NCBI GenBank assembly: GCA_050273025.1
Contig: CP158636.1
Span: 11,408,001 to 11,472,000 of the forward strand
From: Cenococcum geophilum
Lineage: Eukaryota
Reading direction: 5' to 3'
Length of the DNA stretch: 64,000 bases
In this document: piece after piece, positions 26,924-40,988 of the stretch
How the letters are laid out: each line of letters starts with the position of its first letter
How positions within the stretch are numbered: position 1 is the first letter of the stretch
Notes under the pieces: generated by a model
Told to the model about the DNA's origin: nothing
What the model saw: only the letters and a program-made list of their open reading frames with translations
The model's database searches: none
Program-made: the position numbers and the translations under genes

Positions 26924-29900
26924 TGTAACGAGACTAGTCCAGTTATAGTAGGAATGTCTTAGTAAAACACTCAATAGATAAATTCCGACGCTTTGACCAA
27001 AATCTGCCAAATTAATTAAATTACCGAAGTCCGTTAAAGACCGCGTGTGTATATACGCACGCATCGACCACTAAGCCCCTAACTATTTAATTATATAATT
27101 CTTTTGTTATTCCTTTCTCTTCTTTACATAACGTTATATTCTTTCCAAGAGCTATATACCCTTAGATTTAGATAGAATTTATATTATTTCTTTAAATCTT
27201 CCTAAAGTCTCTCCGCGCCCTTATATTACGTTGCGTTAATACTAATACCCTTAAAATAGTAAACAAACTTAAATCCGCCACGTTAACTATTATAGCCCTA
27301 GTTAGGGAATAAATAACTATAATGCAATAGTCCTTTATAGATGCCTTAGCCCAGTAATAAACTATACTAAAAGCTTAGTATTAGTAATTAATTAAAGTAA
27401 TATATAAAGAACTCTATAACGCTAAAGTACTTACGTTAAAGACCCTAATAGTAACACCTATAAACGAAATTAAAATAACTGTATATAAACCTAACCCATT
27501 AAATATAAACCCTAAACTAGTAATAGCAGTTTAACCCGTATCTATAACAAACCTAATACCTACTATAAAATCTAAAAAGCTCCCTAACCCTCTAATATTT
27601 AATAGAAATTAAAATAACCTACGTCCCTTTATAACTAAGCTCCATATTAAACTTTTAATAAACTATAACTAATACCCTACTAAAGTTAGTAAGATTAGCT
27701 ATAGAATGTCTCGTTTAAGTAAAGACGCTATATAAACTATAAACCCATTCTTCTATAATAGCACCTTCGTTAATTTTAAAATCTTTATCTCTCTATTAAA
27801 ATAAATATATAATAACGCTAGCTATAAATACATAGCTATTACTAAACTTAAAAACCTATAATAATAGAACTAAGACTTTACTAGCTTCTTTTTAGAATTT
27901 TTAGGCCTTATTAGTAAACTAGATTAGAATAAAGCCGCTAAAGTTACTACTCTTTATTAAGCTATTTTAGATAAAATTAGAGCATAGTTAGTAGGTAAAG
28001 AACTACTAAAGGATTTACCTAAATTTGCTATAATATGTTAACGAATTAATAAAAACTTCTAATATAATAAGTAGACCCGCTCTCTAAAGCTAACTATATC
28101 TTACATTTAAAACTCTATAAAACTAATATATACCCTAAAGCGCGATCTGTCTCTAAGACCTAAAAGCCCTATATATAACCCTATAGACTTTAATACTACT
28201 TAATTCTATACACCCTTAGGAACCAATAAATAAAGAATATAAGCCGTAAATAGAGAATGTTTTAGATATAGAAAAAAGGGATATATTTAAAGGGATTGCT
28301 AAACTTACCCTTTTAAAAAGGTCCGCCGTAGCTCCTCTTAGTCCTTAAGTTATACTTATTTCACAAATTATACTTATTTTATAAATTATACTTAGTTATT
28401 ATAAAGCGTCTTACCTTTAGTTAATTTAAAAAAAATTAATTATCCTAGGGCTAAGTCGTGCCTTAAGATAAGAAGTAGAAGAGTATAAGTATTTAGGCTG
28501 TTTTAGCGCTAGTATATAATATAACTCCCTTAATATACTTAGCGAAATTTAAATACTTAGAAAATAGAAGGAAGTATAAATCCTTATAGATAGCGGAGCT
28601 ACTAGTATAGGCTTTATTAATATAAACTACGTAAAAACTTAACGCTTAAATTTAAAGAAACTTAATAAGCCCTAAGGCCTATAAGGCTTTAATAGTAAGC
28701 CTTTAATATACGGTAAACTTATATACTACGCTTTTATAAAGATATAGATAGGCGAACACCTTAAATATATTTCCCTATTTATAATACCCTTAAAGCATTA
28801 TAAGGTAATACTTAGATACGGATAGCTAAAATAATATAACCCTTTAATTAGCTAGATTAAAGAAATACTAAAATTTCGTACAACCTACTACCGAAGTTAT
28901 TACTTAAAATACTACTTACCCTATAAATATGCATACGACTATTTAAATTTAATATAATATAAATTACCCTTGCTATAATCCTTAAACTAATATAATAAAG
29001 TTATAACTACTAATCGCGGTAAAGAATGCAAAGATAATATACTAAAACCCCTTAAAATTTATATAGTATAAGCTGTACCCTTTTATTTGTTAGTAAGAAA
29101 ATAAGACTATAAGATCTTTACTATAACACTAAAAGATATTAAGAAGGCATTAGAACTAAAGTAATATATTAACCCCCAACCTCTTATACCTAAAGAATAT
29201 TACAATCTAATTAATACGTTTAAGAAATAATTCGTAAACTAACTACCCCTATATTAAGATAAGTATAATTTTAAGATAGAACTTAAACCTAGTATAACGC
29301 TAAAGTTTAGCCCATTATACGGTATATCGCAAGAAGAGCTGCTTATAATATAATAATATCTTAAAGAGCACCTAGAGAAAGGATTTATTTGCCCTAGTTA
29401 ATTACTATTCGCCTTACCTATACTATTTATTAAGAAACCTAAAGAAGGCTTAAGATTCTATATTAATTATTAAGCCCTAAATATAATTATAATATAAAAC
29501 TAATATCCGATTCCTCTACTTTAAGAAACGCTTAACTACTTAGTAAAAGTATAATACTTTATAAAGCTTAACATAGTTACTACCTTTAATTAAATCCGTA
29601 TTTACAAAGGAGATAAAAAGTATACTGCTTTCCGTACACAATAGGGACTTTTTAAATACCTAGTAATACCGTTTAGTATAAAGAACGGTCCTAGTATGTT
29701 TTAATAATATATTAACAATACGCTTCGCGAATTCCTTAATATATTTATTACCGCGTATATTAATAATATCTTAATTTATTTATCTTTGCTTTCTAAGTAT
29801 TAAAAGCACATTTAAATAGTCCTTAAACGCCTATAAGACGCGGGCTTATAATACAATATTAAGAAATATAAGTTCTATACGTCTAAAGTTATATACTTAG

Positions 29901-32858
29901 GCCTAATTATATCCCGCAACGGAATTAAAATAGACCCTAAGAAAATTACTATAATTATAAACTAGGAAAGTCCTAATAGTATATAAAATATTTAAGGATT
30001 TCTAGGATTCGTAAATTTCTACTATTAATTTATTAATTACTTCTTAAAAATTATTTAGCTATTAGTAAACTTAATAAAAAAGAATATAAGATTTAAATAG
30101 ACTACTAAATATAAATAAGCTTTTAATAACCTAAAATATTATTTTATAACTACTCTAATTCTTACCTACTTTAATCCAGACCTTAAATATATTATTAAAA
30201 TAAACTCGTCTAACTATATACTAGGAGGAGTATTATTGCAATATAATAAAAACGGCGAGCTGCGCCTAGTAGCCTTCCTCTTCTAAAAACTTACCCCTAC
30301 TAAATTAAACTATAAGATATATAATAAGGAACTACTTATAATTATTAGATGCTTTAAACAATAGCGCCCAAAACTTAAAGAATTGTTATTTTTAATACGT
30401 GTATTAGTGGACCATAAAAACCTATAGTACTTTATAACTATAAAGCAATTAATATAGCGCTAAATTTATTAGGCCAAATACCTTTTATAATTTAACTTTA
30501 AGATTATATATTAACCTAGCAAACTTAATTAAAAGCCTAACTTATTAATATAATAATTATAGGAGTTACCTATAAATGCCTCTAACAAATTAATTATAAA
30601 TTAATTATAAATTCTACTACCCCCTAAACGCTTTAAGAAACTACGCCCTATATTCCTAGATATGGAGCTTAATAGGAATAAATTAAAAATTAATAAGTGG
30701 GATATAGAAATTAATAAATTAATAGAGTATAAATATAAAAACGACCCCTAGATAGCAGATATAATAAAAGTAATTTAAATAGGGAAATGGCAATATAAGA
30801 ATATTACACTCATTAAATACAAAATCTATAATAATCGGTTGTACTATTAATAGAAGATAGTAGTCCTAAATTCCAAACCCTTACAATTTAAGATACTCAA
30901 ATTTATATACGATTTCCCTATAGTAGGGCATCCTAGCTATATAAAGACCTATAAGATTATCTAATAAGTATATTACTAGCCTATAATATACAACTATATA
31001 TAAAAATACGTTTAAGTATATAGAATATACGTATATAGGAAGACCTCTTATATAAAGATAGTAAGATATCTTAATTAGCTTTATAGTTAATCTACCTAAT
31101 AGTAATAGGTTTACAAATATTATAGTAGTTATTAACTGTCTTATAAAAATACAATATATAATTCCTATAGACTTAATTAATGCAATATTAGTAGCCAAAT
31201 GTTTTATTAAGTACGTCTTTAAGCTATATAGACTTCCTAATTTAATAATATTCAACTGCGGAAGCTAGTTCGTTTTAGACTTTTAGTAAGCCCTATATAA
31301 ATAATTAAGTATATAAACACAACTTTTAACTGCATTTTATCTAGAAATAAATAGTTAAACTAAAATTATAAATATAATTATAAAACAATATCTATAAATA
31401 TACTGCTCCTACCTATAAGATAACTAGAAAAAATGGCTACTATTAGCTGAGTTTACTATAAATAATATAAGAAACAAATTAATAGGCGTAACGCCGTTTT
31501 ACGCAACCTACGGATAAAACCCTTAGCTTAGATTTAAACTATAACCCAAAATTAATACAATAGGACCTATAATTAAGAGGATTTAACTAATTAATGCGTA
31601 TAACTTTGCCAATTAAATAAAGCAGTTAATAGAACTATTATAAAGTAAATTAGCGTACGCTTAAATAGTATAGAAATGGTATATAAATAAAGGATAAGCT
31701 CCCGTGTAGGACTTTAAGGAAGGTAATATAGTTTACCTAAATATACAAAACCTAAAGACTTAACGACCCTTAAAGAACCTAGACTAGAAGTTTATGGGCC
31801 TATACTAAGTTAAAAAGAAACTAAGCCTATACACTTATAAACTTAAACTACAAATTAAGATAAAAATATATTTAACGTTTTATATAAACTTACTATAACC
31901 CTTAAAGGGTAAACCTATAACTTATAAAGTACTACTACTACCTCCTATAATTATTAACAACGGCAACGGTTCTTACTTTATTAACTTAATTAATAATATA
32001 CAATAAAAGACACAATCTAAATAATTTAAACTTCTTATTAAATGGGAAGGATATAAAATATAAACTTAGGAAATCTATAACTAGATTAAGACTAATACAC
32101 CTTCCCTAATAAAAGAATTCTATAAGGACCATCCTTTACGGCCTACTCTAGCTAAATAGATACAATATAGAAGTAAATAATTACTACCTAATATAAATAT
32201 ATAAAATATAATAGCAGAAAGCTTAAAATTAAAAAAGACTTAAAATACGTTATAATATTTATAATACGATTATATAATACGCAAGATGTTAAGGAACTTT
32301 AACCGCCAGTTAAAGTTATCTAATTAGTTAGATCTGCCTTGCTAAGACCCACTATAAAAATATTAGTTTTGCTTACCACCTTAACTAAGCTAATAGTAAT
32401 TTTCTATCCTGGGGATAGAAAATCCTAATTAGTCTATTTAATAATAGAATCGGTAAAACTCTATACCGCTACTTAACACAAAAACATAATATGTAATAAG
32501 TTATAAGTCTTAACTAAAATTGAATTATTTAGACCTTTAGCTAAAAGGGGGGGTACTATAACGGGACTAGCCTAGTTATAGTAAGAATGTCTTAGTAAAA
32601 CACTTAATAGATAAATTCCAACGCTTTAACCAAAATCTGCCAAATTAATTGAATTACCAAAGTCCGTTAAAGACCGCGTGCATATATACACACACATCAA
32701 CCACTAAGCCCCTAACTATTTAATTATATAATTCTCTTATTATTCCTTTCTCTTCTTTACGCAACGTCTTGTTCTTAGCGAGAGCTATATACTCTTAGAT
32801 TTAGATAGAATTTATATCGTTCGTTTAATTCTTCCCGAAGTCTCTCCGCGCCCTTATA
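26924..32858 (+). mobile_element. Full-length chromodomain Gypsy element A (5935 bp)
   Basis: 302-bp LTRs 26924-27225 and 32557-32858; TSD AAAAT on both sides; PPT AAAAGGGGGGGTAC; gag knuckle ~28260; protease IDSGAT ~28590; RT YI(D)(D)ILIY ~29700; integrase; chromodomain LLIKWEGY ~32040. Confidence 0.96.
32388..32433. repeat. Dyad module ATTTTCTATCC-N3-GGATAGAAAAT in the 3' UTR of Gypsy A
   Basis: 38/46 identical to the reverse complement of 58320-58365 in Copia G3. Confidence 0.85.
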
Positions 32859-35533
32859 AAAATCTTAAGGTAGAGCCGTCCTAAAGAGTAACTTAGCTTT
32901 AAAACCTTCCTTTTAAAGGTAATTAGAGCGGAGTTATTATAGCATATTAGTTATAGCTTTATCCTTATAGGTAGTACTTACTAAATACCGAGCCGAAATT
33001 AGATAATAATTAGGGTTAGTAGGTAGGGCTTAATAGAGGCAATTAGTTACTTATACTAGTTATCCTTTTATATAATTAGGATAGTAGTCCACCGCCTATG
33101 CTTATTATTTAAATATTTATTTTAGGCAGGGAGATAAAGTAGTAACTTAAGATATAAGCATTGCTTCCGCACTTAAAATAAAGGCTATATTTAATACGTT
33201 ATTTATATTTAGTAGATCCTTTCAAGGTATAAGAGAGGATTCCAGCGTTAATATCTATAGCGTTAGGGTCCTTATAGGTTTTAGACGGTTAAGGGGCAGA
33301 GTATTAAAGTATATATTTTAGGGTAAGGCGTAGTATATTGTTATATAGGCCGTTAATAATATTAGCGCAGGTAGTAAGGGTATTTAGCAGCTTAACTCCT
33401 ATAAGGGAAGCCTTTAGGTTAGAGTTTAAGGATTCTATTAGGCGATTAATTAAGGCAGGTTTATTCTATCTAGTCTCTTTAGTATATTAGTAAAACTTAG
33501 TAAAGTATAATAGGAAGCTCTTAGAGCCTTATATTATCTTATTTAGTTTCCTTTATACTATTATAATTTGGTTAGGGTCGCTATAAGATACTTTTAGTAT
33601 AGTAACTAGTTCTTTTAAAGTGCTTAGCTAAAACTGGTATACAGTTTCTATAGCGTCTCTTATTAGACGGCTTATAGTATAATATAGTTAACTATTAGGG
33701 GTAGGGTAGCAATTAATATTACCGTTTAGCTTATTTTTAAGTTAGTTAAGAAAAGAGCGTAGTTTACTTCTTTTACCTAAATAGGTAAGAGAATTAGGAA
33801 GATATTCGGTTAGCTTCTTTATAGAGGCACTAGTTAGTAAATTTAGGGTTAAAAAGCCAGTCTTAGACACGTCTCCTCTATTTAGTACTTATAGGTTAAT
33901 ACTAATAGGAACGGGTGGGGCGACGGTGTAGTAGATAGTGGGTTATAGCAGATCTCTTTAATTTCTTTTCTTAGGGATCTAATTATCTCTTAGTATTAAG
34001 CCTTTTAATAAGTAAGGGCATCTATAAAGGCCTATTATAGGCCCTTTATTTATTTAGTAAATATATTATATAAGTTAGTTATAGATATAGGGGCTTTTAG
34101 GTTGTTTTGTATATTAGGCGGGCTAAGGCAGTATAGGTTTAATATAATATAGTATTACGGAGTAAGTATAAGCGACAATAATATATAATAAGTAGATATT
34201 ATTAAGCTATATATATAAACTGTATAATAAAGTTAAGACGTTATATAAGGAAAGAAGGTAGGAAAATAGGAAGAAAGGGTATATATTATTAACTTAGTTG
34301 CTTAATTAACATATATATAGAGCAGAATAGAATTTAGGACGTAGTCCTGGCAAAACTTAGCGGAATTTAGTAGAAATTGGCAGAATATGGCAGAATTTAA
34401 TAAAACTTAGCGGAATATAGCAGAATATAGCAGATTGCCATTAGATTGCTATAAGACGCGGTAAATTGCGGTTTCGTAGACGGTGGAAATAGGTAGATGT
34501 GTATAAGGTGTTACAGGGGTATCCCGTAATAATATTCTACTATTAGGACGGGATAAGGCAGTATTAAGTATGCCTTAGTTATAGGAATATAATCTAAAGA
34601 TTAATTAGGTTGTAGGTTAAATTAATATTAAAGATACTTAACAATATAAGAGGCGTATAGTAACTAAGTTAGTATAGTACTAAGTTAGAGCGATATATAA
34701 GGAAACTAACAAAGGGTTATCCTATATACTAAAGAGATACTATAAGTATAGTAAAAAGCTATTAAAGTATATAATATAGGCCTATAAGATAAAGTTAGAA
34801 CTAGAAATAAATTTAAAGTTCTTTTTAATTTATAAGTTAACTAAAGAAGGGTTAAGAGTACTTAAGGAGTTGTCTAAGAAAACCTATAAAAAGGATATAT
34901 TAAACTATTATAGTTATTAGTAAGATATCTAGTACTATTTGTACTAAAAAAGAACGGAAAACTTAGGCTATATATTAACTAGAAATAGTTAAATAGCAAT
35001 ACTAGGAAGTATAGGTATTTTTTACCCTTAATTAGTAAAATCTAGAATTAGATAGGTAATGCGTAAATTATTATAAAGATAGATTTAAGATAGGCGTACT
35101 ATTAGATTAGGATTAAGGAGGGAGATAAATAAAAGGCAGCCTTTAGGTTAACGGAAGGACTATATAAGCTATTAGTTATGCAATTTAGGCTTATAAACGT
35201 ACTAGTAATATTTTAAAAGTAAATTAATAGCGTATTAGGAGAATACCTTAATAAGTTTATTATAGTATACCTAACAATATTATTATCTACTTAATAACTA
35301 AGGGAGAATACGGAGAACACGTTAAATAGGTCTTAAAGAGGCTATAGAAAGAATAAATATTAGTAGTAATTAAGAAATATAAGTTCTTTATAAAGAAGAC
35401 AGATTTTATTAAATTTATTATTAAACTAGATTATATTAATATAAACCTAAAGAAAATTAAAGCTATAGTAGGTTGGCAAGGGCTGGGGAATATAATATAA
35501 TTAAGGTTATTTTTAGGGGTTTTTAACTACTAT

Positions 35534-35670
35534 CCCTTAACACGGCAGGGTCCTCTGCCAAGTTCGCTTATATTGACGACTGGATTCAATTGGATAGTTA
35601 TATTAACCTAGCTTTTCTAATTAGTTAATTCTTATCGATAACCTAAGGACCCAAATTGCCGTGTTAAGGG
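35534..35670. mobile_element. 137-bp MITE with CCCTTAACACGGCA terminal inverted repeats
   Basis: Perfect 14-bp TIRs; interrupts the B2 RT codons NY(C)RRF; comparison with element B implies a 2-bp AT duplication. Confidence 0.88.
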
Positions 35671-35840
35671 ATAGAAGGTTTATAGTATAATAGTTAAAGA
35701 ATATTAAACCCTTTACTAGGCTTATAAAGAAAGAGGAACTATAGGTATAGGGAAATAAGTAAAAAAAGCCGTTTAAGGAACTTAAGGAGATATTTACCTA
35801 GGAATTAATACTTAAAATCTATTAACTAGAACTAGAAATA

Positions 35841-36259
35841 CAGTCAAACCCCCTTATAACGATACGACTTATTTAGCCGACCGTATCGTAATACCAAGGG
35901 TATCGTTATATTTAGTATTTGTATATAAAATGCACCAAAAATCAAAATTAGGTAATGATATTATATATCTACACCTATGAAGTCGCAATTGAGCGATTGG
36001 CTACACTAAAATACGTCGTAATTGATTGCTGTTTGGTGTTCTGACTTCGTCGATTTTGGAGTTGTCGCTCGTGCCTTAATAGAGTCGTAATTATGTCTCT
36101 ATTACAATCTTCCTGCTATTCCTTATAAAGACAAAGCTTTTGTAAGGCGTCAAGCGCCTCATCAAGCTTGATTTGGGGTTGCTCAACGACTTCCTCATCT
36201 GTCTCTGCATCGCGATCGGGCCCTGCGTAGAGCTCTGCTATGTGCTCAATAAGATCCTC
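35841..36259 (-). mobile_element. pogo/Tigger-like DNA transposon, 3' end with transposase C-terminus
   Basis: TA|CAGTCAAACCCCCTTATAACG terminus; minus frame EDLIEHIAELYAGPDRDAETDEEVVEQPQIKLDEALDALQKL...KQQSITTYF (PIP-box-like tail typical of pogo transposases); lightly RIPed. Confidence 0.85.
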
Positions 36260-39200
36260 TGTTAAACTTAATTGGAGTCTACTTAGTTAACTACTTTTAT
36301 AACTTTGCTAGGAACTTAGCTTCTTATAGTTTAATCTCTTTAGCGTCCGCAAATATCCGGTCTGCTAAAAAGAGGGTATTATCTATTTAGAGTTTAATAA
36401 TACCAAGGCCGTTTAATGGGCTGTATAGGAGGTAGGGGTTGTAGGTTAATTATTCCATTTTAAGTTTACTAATATAGTGCTAGTAGTATATCTTAAACCA
36501 ATAGTTTCCGGCTTCTAGTACTCCGTAAAAAGGTTTTATAATCCATAAAATTATTCCTAGTTATAGGTTAAGCTTATAGGGTAGTCGTATAAAGATATCC
36601 CTACTTAAGTAGGTATTAGACTGCACGTAGGCTTATAAGATATCCCGTAAGTAAAGGGCTACGGATTTAGTTTAATGTAGTCTAGGCATAAGTGCGAGTA
36701 TAATCCGTTAACTAACCCGTTAAATTATAGGCGATTGCGTAAGGATTAGGTCCTTTCCCTAGTCGTTATAAGCTTATATAATAAGCCTTAATTTCTTAAA
36801 GGCTTTATTAGTACTAGGGTGCTTAATCTTGTTAATAAAGCGTAAGTTAAATATACGGACGCCTTACGAAACGTCTCTCTCCATTATAACCGCAAAGACA
36901 CCCTTTTTAAGTAGTCCGTTAATCTCTTTACATTATAAGTCCGTAAACGGGGTTTCCTATACTAGAACTAATATATTTATAGGCGGAGATTGCCTTACGG
37001 ATATTCCTATAGAGGTTAGGTAATTTTTTATTACGGTGTTCTTAGTTATAGGGTGCTTTCGGGGGCGTCCTTAACCATGCTTTATAGTAGGTTTAGTAGG
37101 TTTAGTAGGTTTCTAAAGGACTTCTAGGGTAGGTAAAAGTGCTTCCAATTCGTCTAATTCGGCGGGTGCTTCTGGTTCGTCTAGTTTAACAAGTGCTTCC
37201 AGTTCGTCTGGTTTAACGTCATAGGTATTTTCAGGCCGAAAGTAGGGTTTTACGGACGTGCTTCTAAAGCTAGTTAGTCCGCTAGGGAGCTATACATAGC
37301 AGGTCTCGTCTTCTACGGCTAGTAGACAATAAGGTCCAGTCCAATTACCGCTTTTACGCCATATAAGGACTTTAGAATTAAGCGGGAGGTTGTATACTAA
37401 GGTTGTATTAGGTCCGTTACGGTAGTATAGGGCGTTATTAACAGTTTATTTAGCCCGTAGCTTAACTACCTCGGCCATCACCTTCCGTATTACAGCTGCT
37501 CGTTCCATAATAGATGGGGCAGGAGGGCCTAGGTTGCTTATCCTTAGGTAGGCTCTATAAACCAAGAGGGTAGGTACTAATCCGTTAGGGCTAGCGGTGT
37601 TATTAACAGCTTTTACGGCCATCTATAAAGCTAGTTCCTTTTAGATATCCTTACACTCGTCCATAATAATCTAGTAAGCTCTCCGTAGAGCTAGGTAAGC
37701 TCGCTTAATAAGTCTAACGGACCAATACGCCTTAACTAGAACAGCTTTTGTTGATATAGCTATAGCTGTAGTATACTACTAAAATTCCTTACTAATAAAG
37801 TTCCTACTAGCGTTATAGGTAATATACTACGGAGGTTTAACGTATATATTAATCCAGTAGGTCCGTAAAATATCCCAAGTATATTTTATGGATATATTTT
37901 ACAATTAACGGGCGGCTTAATAGTGGGTTGCCTCGTCAATTATATATAATACTAGACTGCCGTTAATATATATAATGTCCACGTATACTAAGTAGTTAAA
38001 GTTAAGGTCCTTATAAAGGGTAAACTTAAATCAGCCTAGGGAACGTCCGTATTTCTAGCAGAAGGAGCAGTATTTAGTTAGGTAGTTAATTACTTTCCTA
38101 TTAACGTCATTATGTCCAAAGCGTTCAAGGACTCTATACAGCTTTTCGGCTAACGAGTGGCCGAAGCGGCGGTATAGGCGGTAGATTTCTATACTAGTAA
38201 GGTAGCACGGGTTATAGTTAAAAGATTCCTAAATATAGGTCCGTAAAGTCTCTCCCTATATAAGGAACGGGTGTCCAAATTATCGTATAATTGGCAGGGT
38301 AATATACTTACTTCCTAGGGCAGTTATAGGGCCGATTAAGGTATCCGTAATATTATTGTAGTAAACCTATAACCTATCTATATCCGTAAAGCAAAGTAAG
38401 AAAGGGGTATCTACTTTTACTATGTGGAAGTTAACTAGGCTAATTAGGGTCTTAACTATAACTAATCTAATTAATGCAGTTAAGCCAATGCCGAATTGGA
38501 CGTTTACGGCCCTAGTTTATATAGTGTTAATATCCGTATTATTATTTGCGGTAGTCCTATATGCAAGGTATTGTCCGTAACCTATAGTAAACTTCTTAGA
38601 GGCACCTATATCGATTATAACACCGTAGAATTCCTTAGGGGTATAGCGTTCTATAATAATATATGCAAATAGGTCCTACTTATAATCTATAACGTCTATA
38701 ATAGGGGTACTTACGGAATAGTTTTTAGGCGTAACTAAGTGTATAAAGGAACGGTCGGCTAATACGGTCGTAATATTAAAGGCTTAGCTGTCTATAAAAG
38801 GTCCAAAAGTAGTTAGAAACGTCTCTAAGGTCTTCTATTCCTAGTTGTTTAGGTTAAAGTCAATTATAAGGGCTTCTATTAACTTATTAGGGGGCTCCTC
38901 TTCTTCCTCTCTTTCGTATTCTAAGATAAACTGGCTAATCCGTTTATTAAATCTCTTCTTAGACCTATTACGTTCTTCCTAGGTATACCTTATAAACCAA
39001 CATCCTTCCTTACCGCACACAAAGCACTTCTGGCTGGTTCGTCTATAGGGGTTGCTACGGGGGTTACAGGTAGGACTTAGTCGGTATAAGTACTACTAGC
39101 GGTAACGGCAGTCCGTAAAGTAGACGTCTAAGTCTATTTACGGATATTAAATATCCGTGGCAAAGGCTTAAGTACTACTTAGTAGGTTTAAGACTTCATA

Positions 39201-40988
39201 CATTATAATAAAGGAGCGTAGGTCATTAATAAGGCTAGCTAAGGTGTCTATAGGCTTATAATAGGCGTACTTATAGGGCTCTACTTCCTAGCAAGCCGTA
39301 ATAAGTTTATTATACAGAAAGTCATCTGTTTAAAGCTTAATGTTAAGGCCATACTATAGATGCTAAAGGTCCTTAATAAGGATTTACAGGCACTCTGCGG
39401 TCAACTTTTCGGGATTCTTATTAATTACGGTCCGTAGCTTAATTGCATTCTATTAGGTAAGGATATTACGCCTATATTTTAGCCCTTTAAAGTAGTTACA
39501 TATAGCTTCGTATAGTTTATTAAAGGGAACACCAAGGGGGTTACTCTTAAGGTTAGTATAGTAGTGGTCAAGTACTAGGCCGCGCAGCATAGTAGAGTAG
39601 GCTTAGCTAAATTCCTATTTGGGAATATCAGCCTTCTGGCAGAGGTCCGTAAAGATAGTCAGTTTAAAGTCAAAGTTGTCGTTTTCACCGCTATACTTAG
39701 ATTCGTCGGTATAGAGCTTAGCCAGGTTAGCTAGCTCCTTGCCGTAGGTCTTTACTTAGGTGGTTTACAGATCTATAACTTAAATAACAGAAGGGGTTTA
39801 GTCCGTAATTTAATTTGCGGGGGTATTACGGTCCGTAATTTGGGTTACAGGGGTATTACGGTCCGTAACTTAAGTACTAGGTATACTTTAGCCCGTAAGA
39901 TTAATTCCGAAATCGCTTAGGTTTATAGGACGAATTTGGTTAAGTAGGTCAGGTATAAGGCTAGCGATTATATTAAGTTTGGAAGAAGTAAAGAGTTCCT
40001 TAGTTTCTTAGAACTGGTCTAGGATTTCCTCTTTAGTCCATTCTGTTTAGTCCTTTTTGTGTATTATGTTATACAAGGACTATATAACAGTAACTCGTTT
40101 ATTCCTTTTAACCCATACACCTTAGTTACGTAAAAGGGTTTATAGTTTACAGATAGTAATAGGGTTACAGGCCTTAAAAATAGCTTCCGTAAAGTCCATA
40201 AAGTCTTCCTAGTATTACTCCTATAGGTCGTCATTTATAAGCTTAAAGTGTTTATATTTAAGGATTTTAAAACTAATATAGTCGTTAACGTCGTTTATAG
40301 ACGTAACGTCGACTCCTTATCTCCACTTCTTTTAACCTTCGCTGACTTGCTTGCTAATATCTGCTATACTATATAGTACGTAGCGGGTGAAAGAGGTCTT
40401 ATAGTGGTCCGTAAAGGCGATTAACGGGTCCGTAACGGTTCGTAGAAGGGTAAGAGGTTTCCGTAAGGTCTGAAGAGGTTTAAGGTTTAAGGGGGTTAAG
40501 AATAGGGGTTCCGTAAAGGTCTGTATTCGCGTCTATAAACTTCCAGTAAACCGTACTAAGACTTAAATAAGTATACAGAGTTAGTAATAGTCCGTAATCC
40601 CCGACTTCCGACCTTCTAGCAGGTCGTACTAGGAGTCTAAACGGGTAGTCGCTGTCATATGTATCGCTCGGGGGGAGGTATTAAGTAATTGCTGATCTGT
40701 GCGCGCTCATTAATCAGTATTCGTACTAACTTAATAGCACGAGTGAGTTAGATCCAGGGGCACGAAATACGTGTAGTATCGTATACTCTTTTAGATAATG
40801 GTGACTGTCGATTGTATAAAGCAGACTACGTAGTCTATATACTAATACGCCTCCCCCCTAATTAGTTAGTGCTTTAGAAGTGCACCAGACGCGTAAGCGG
40901 GTGGTTGGTGCACCAAACGCGTAAACGCGTACTCGGCGTACCGAACGCGTAAGCACGCGGTTGATACGACAGGTGCTGTAATTATACA
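36256..40988 (-). mobile_element. Copia G1, 5' LTR 40718-40988, truncated inside RT
   Basis: Colinear with G3; KCFVCGKEGCW knuckle, IDIGAS protease, RRFGH, integrase, KPFYGVLEAGN; stops at the pogo junction. Confidence 0.93.

Larger units (their letters stand above)
14454..34531 (-). mobile_element. Full-length chromodomain Gypsy element C (~5.9 kb net) carrying three nested insertions
   Basis: 379-bp LTRs 14454-14832 and 34153-34531 with 10-11-bp GCAGAAT-type subrepeats; PPT AAAGGTGGGGTAC; gag ~33-34 kb, protease ~26.8 kb, RT/RNaseH 24.4-25.7 kb, integrase 15.2-16.2 kb, chromodomain ~14.9-15.05 kb. Confidence 0.92.
13501..35840 (+). mobile_element. Gypsy family B relic (B2), pieces 13501-14453 and 34532-35840, host of element C
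   Basis: Reverse-complement homology to B ~21600-19470 (protease ALIDS.., RT YL..IIIY). Sequence is continuous across the C insertion (degenerate TSD TTATC/ATATT). Confidence 0.85.

Noticed and set aside
35531..35673. Tc1/mariner assignment for the 137-bp MITE
   Set aside because: Empty-site comparison with element B is inconsistent with a TA duplication.
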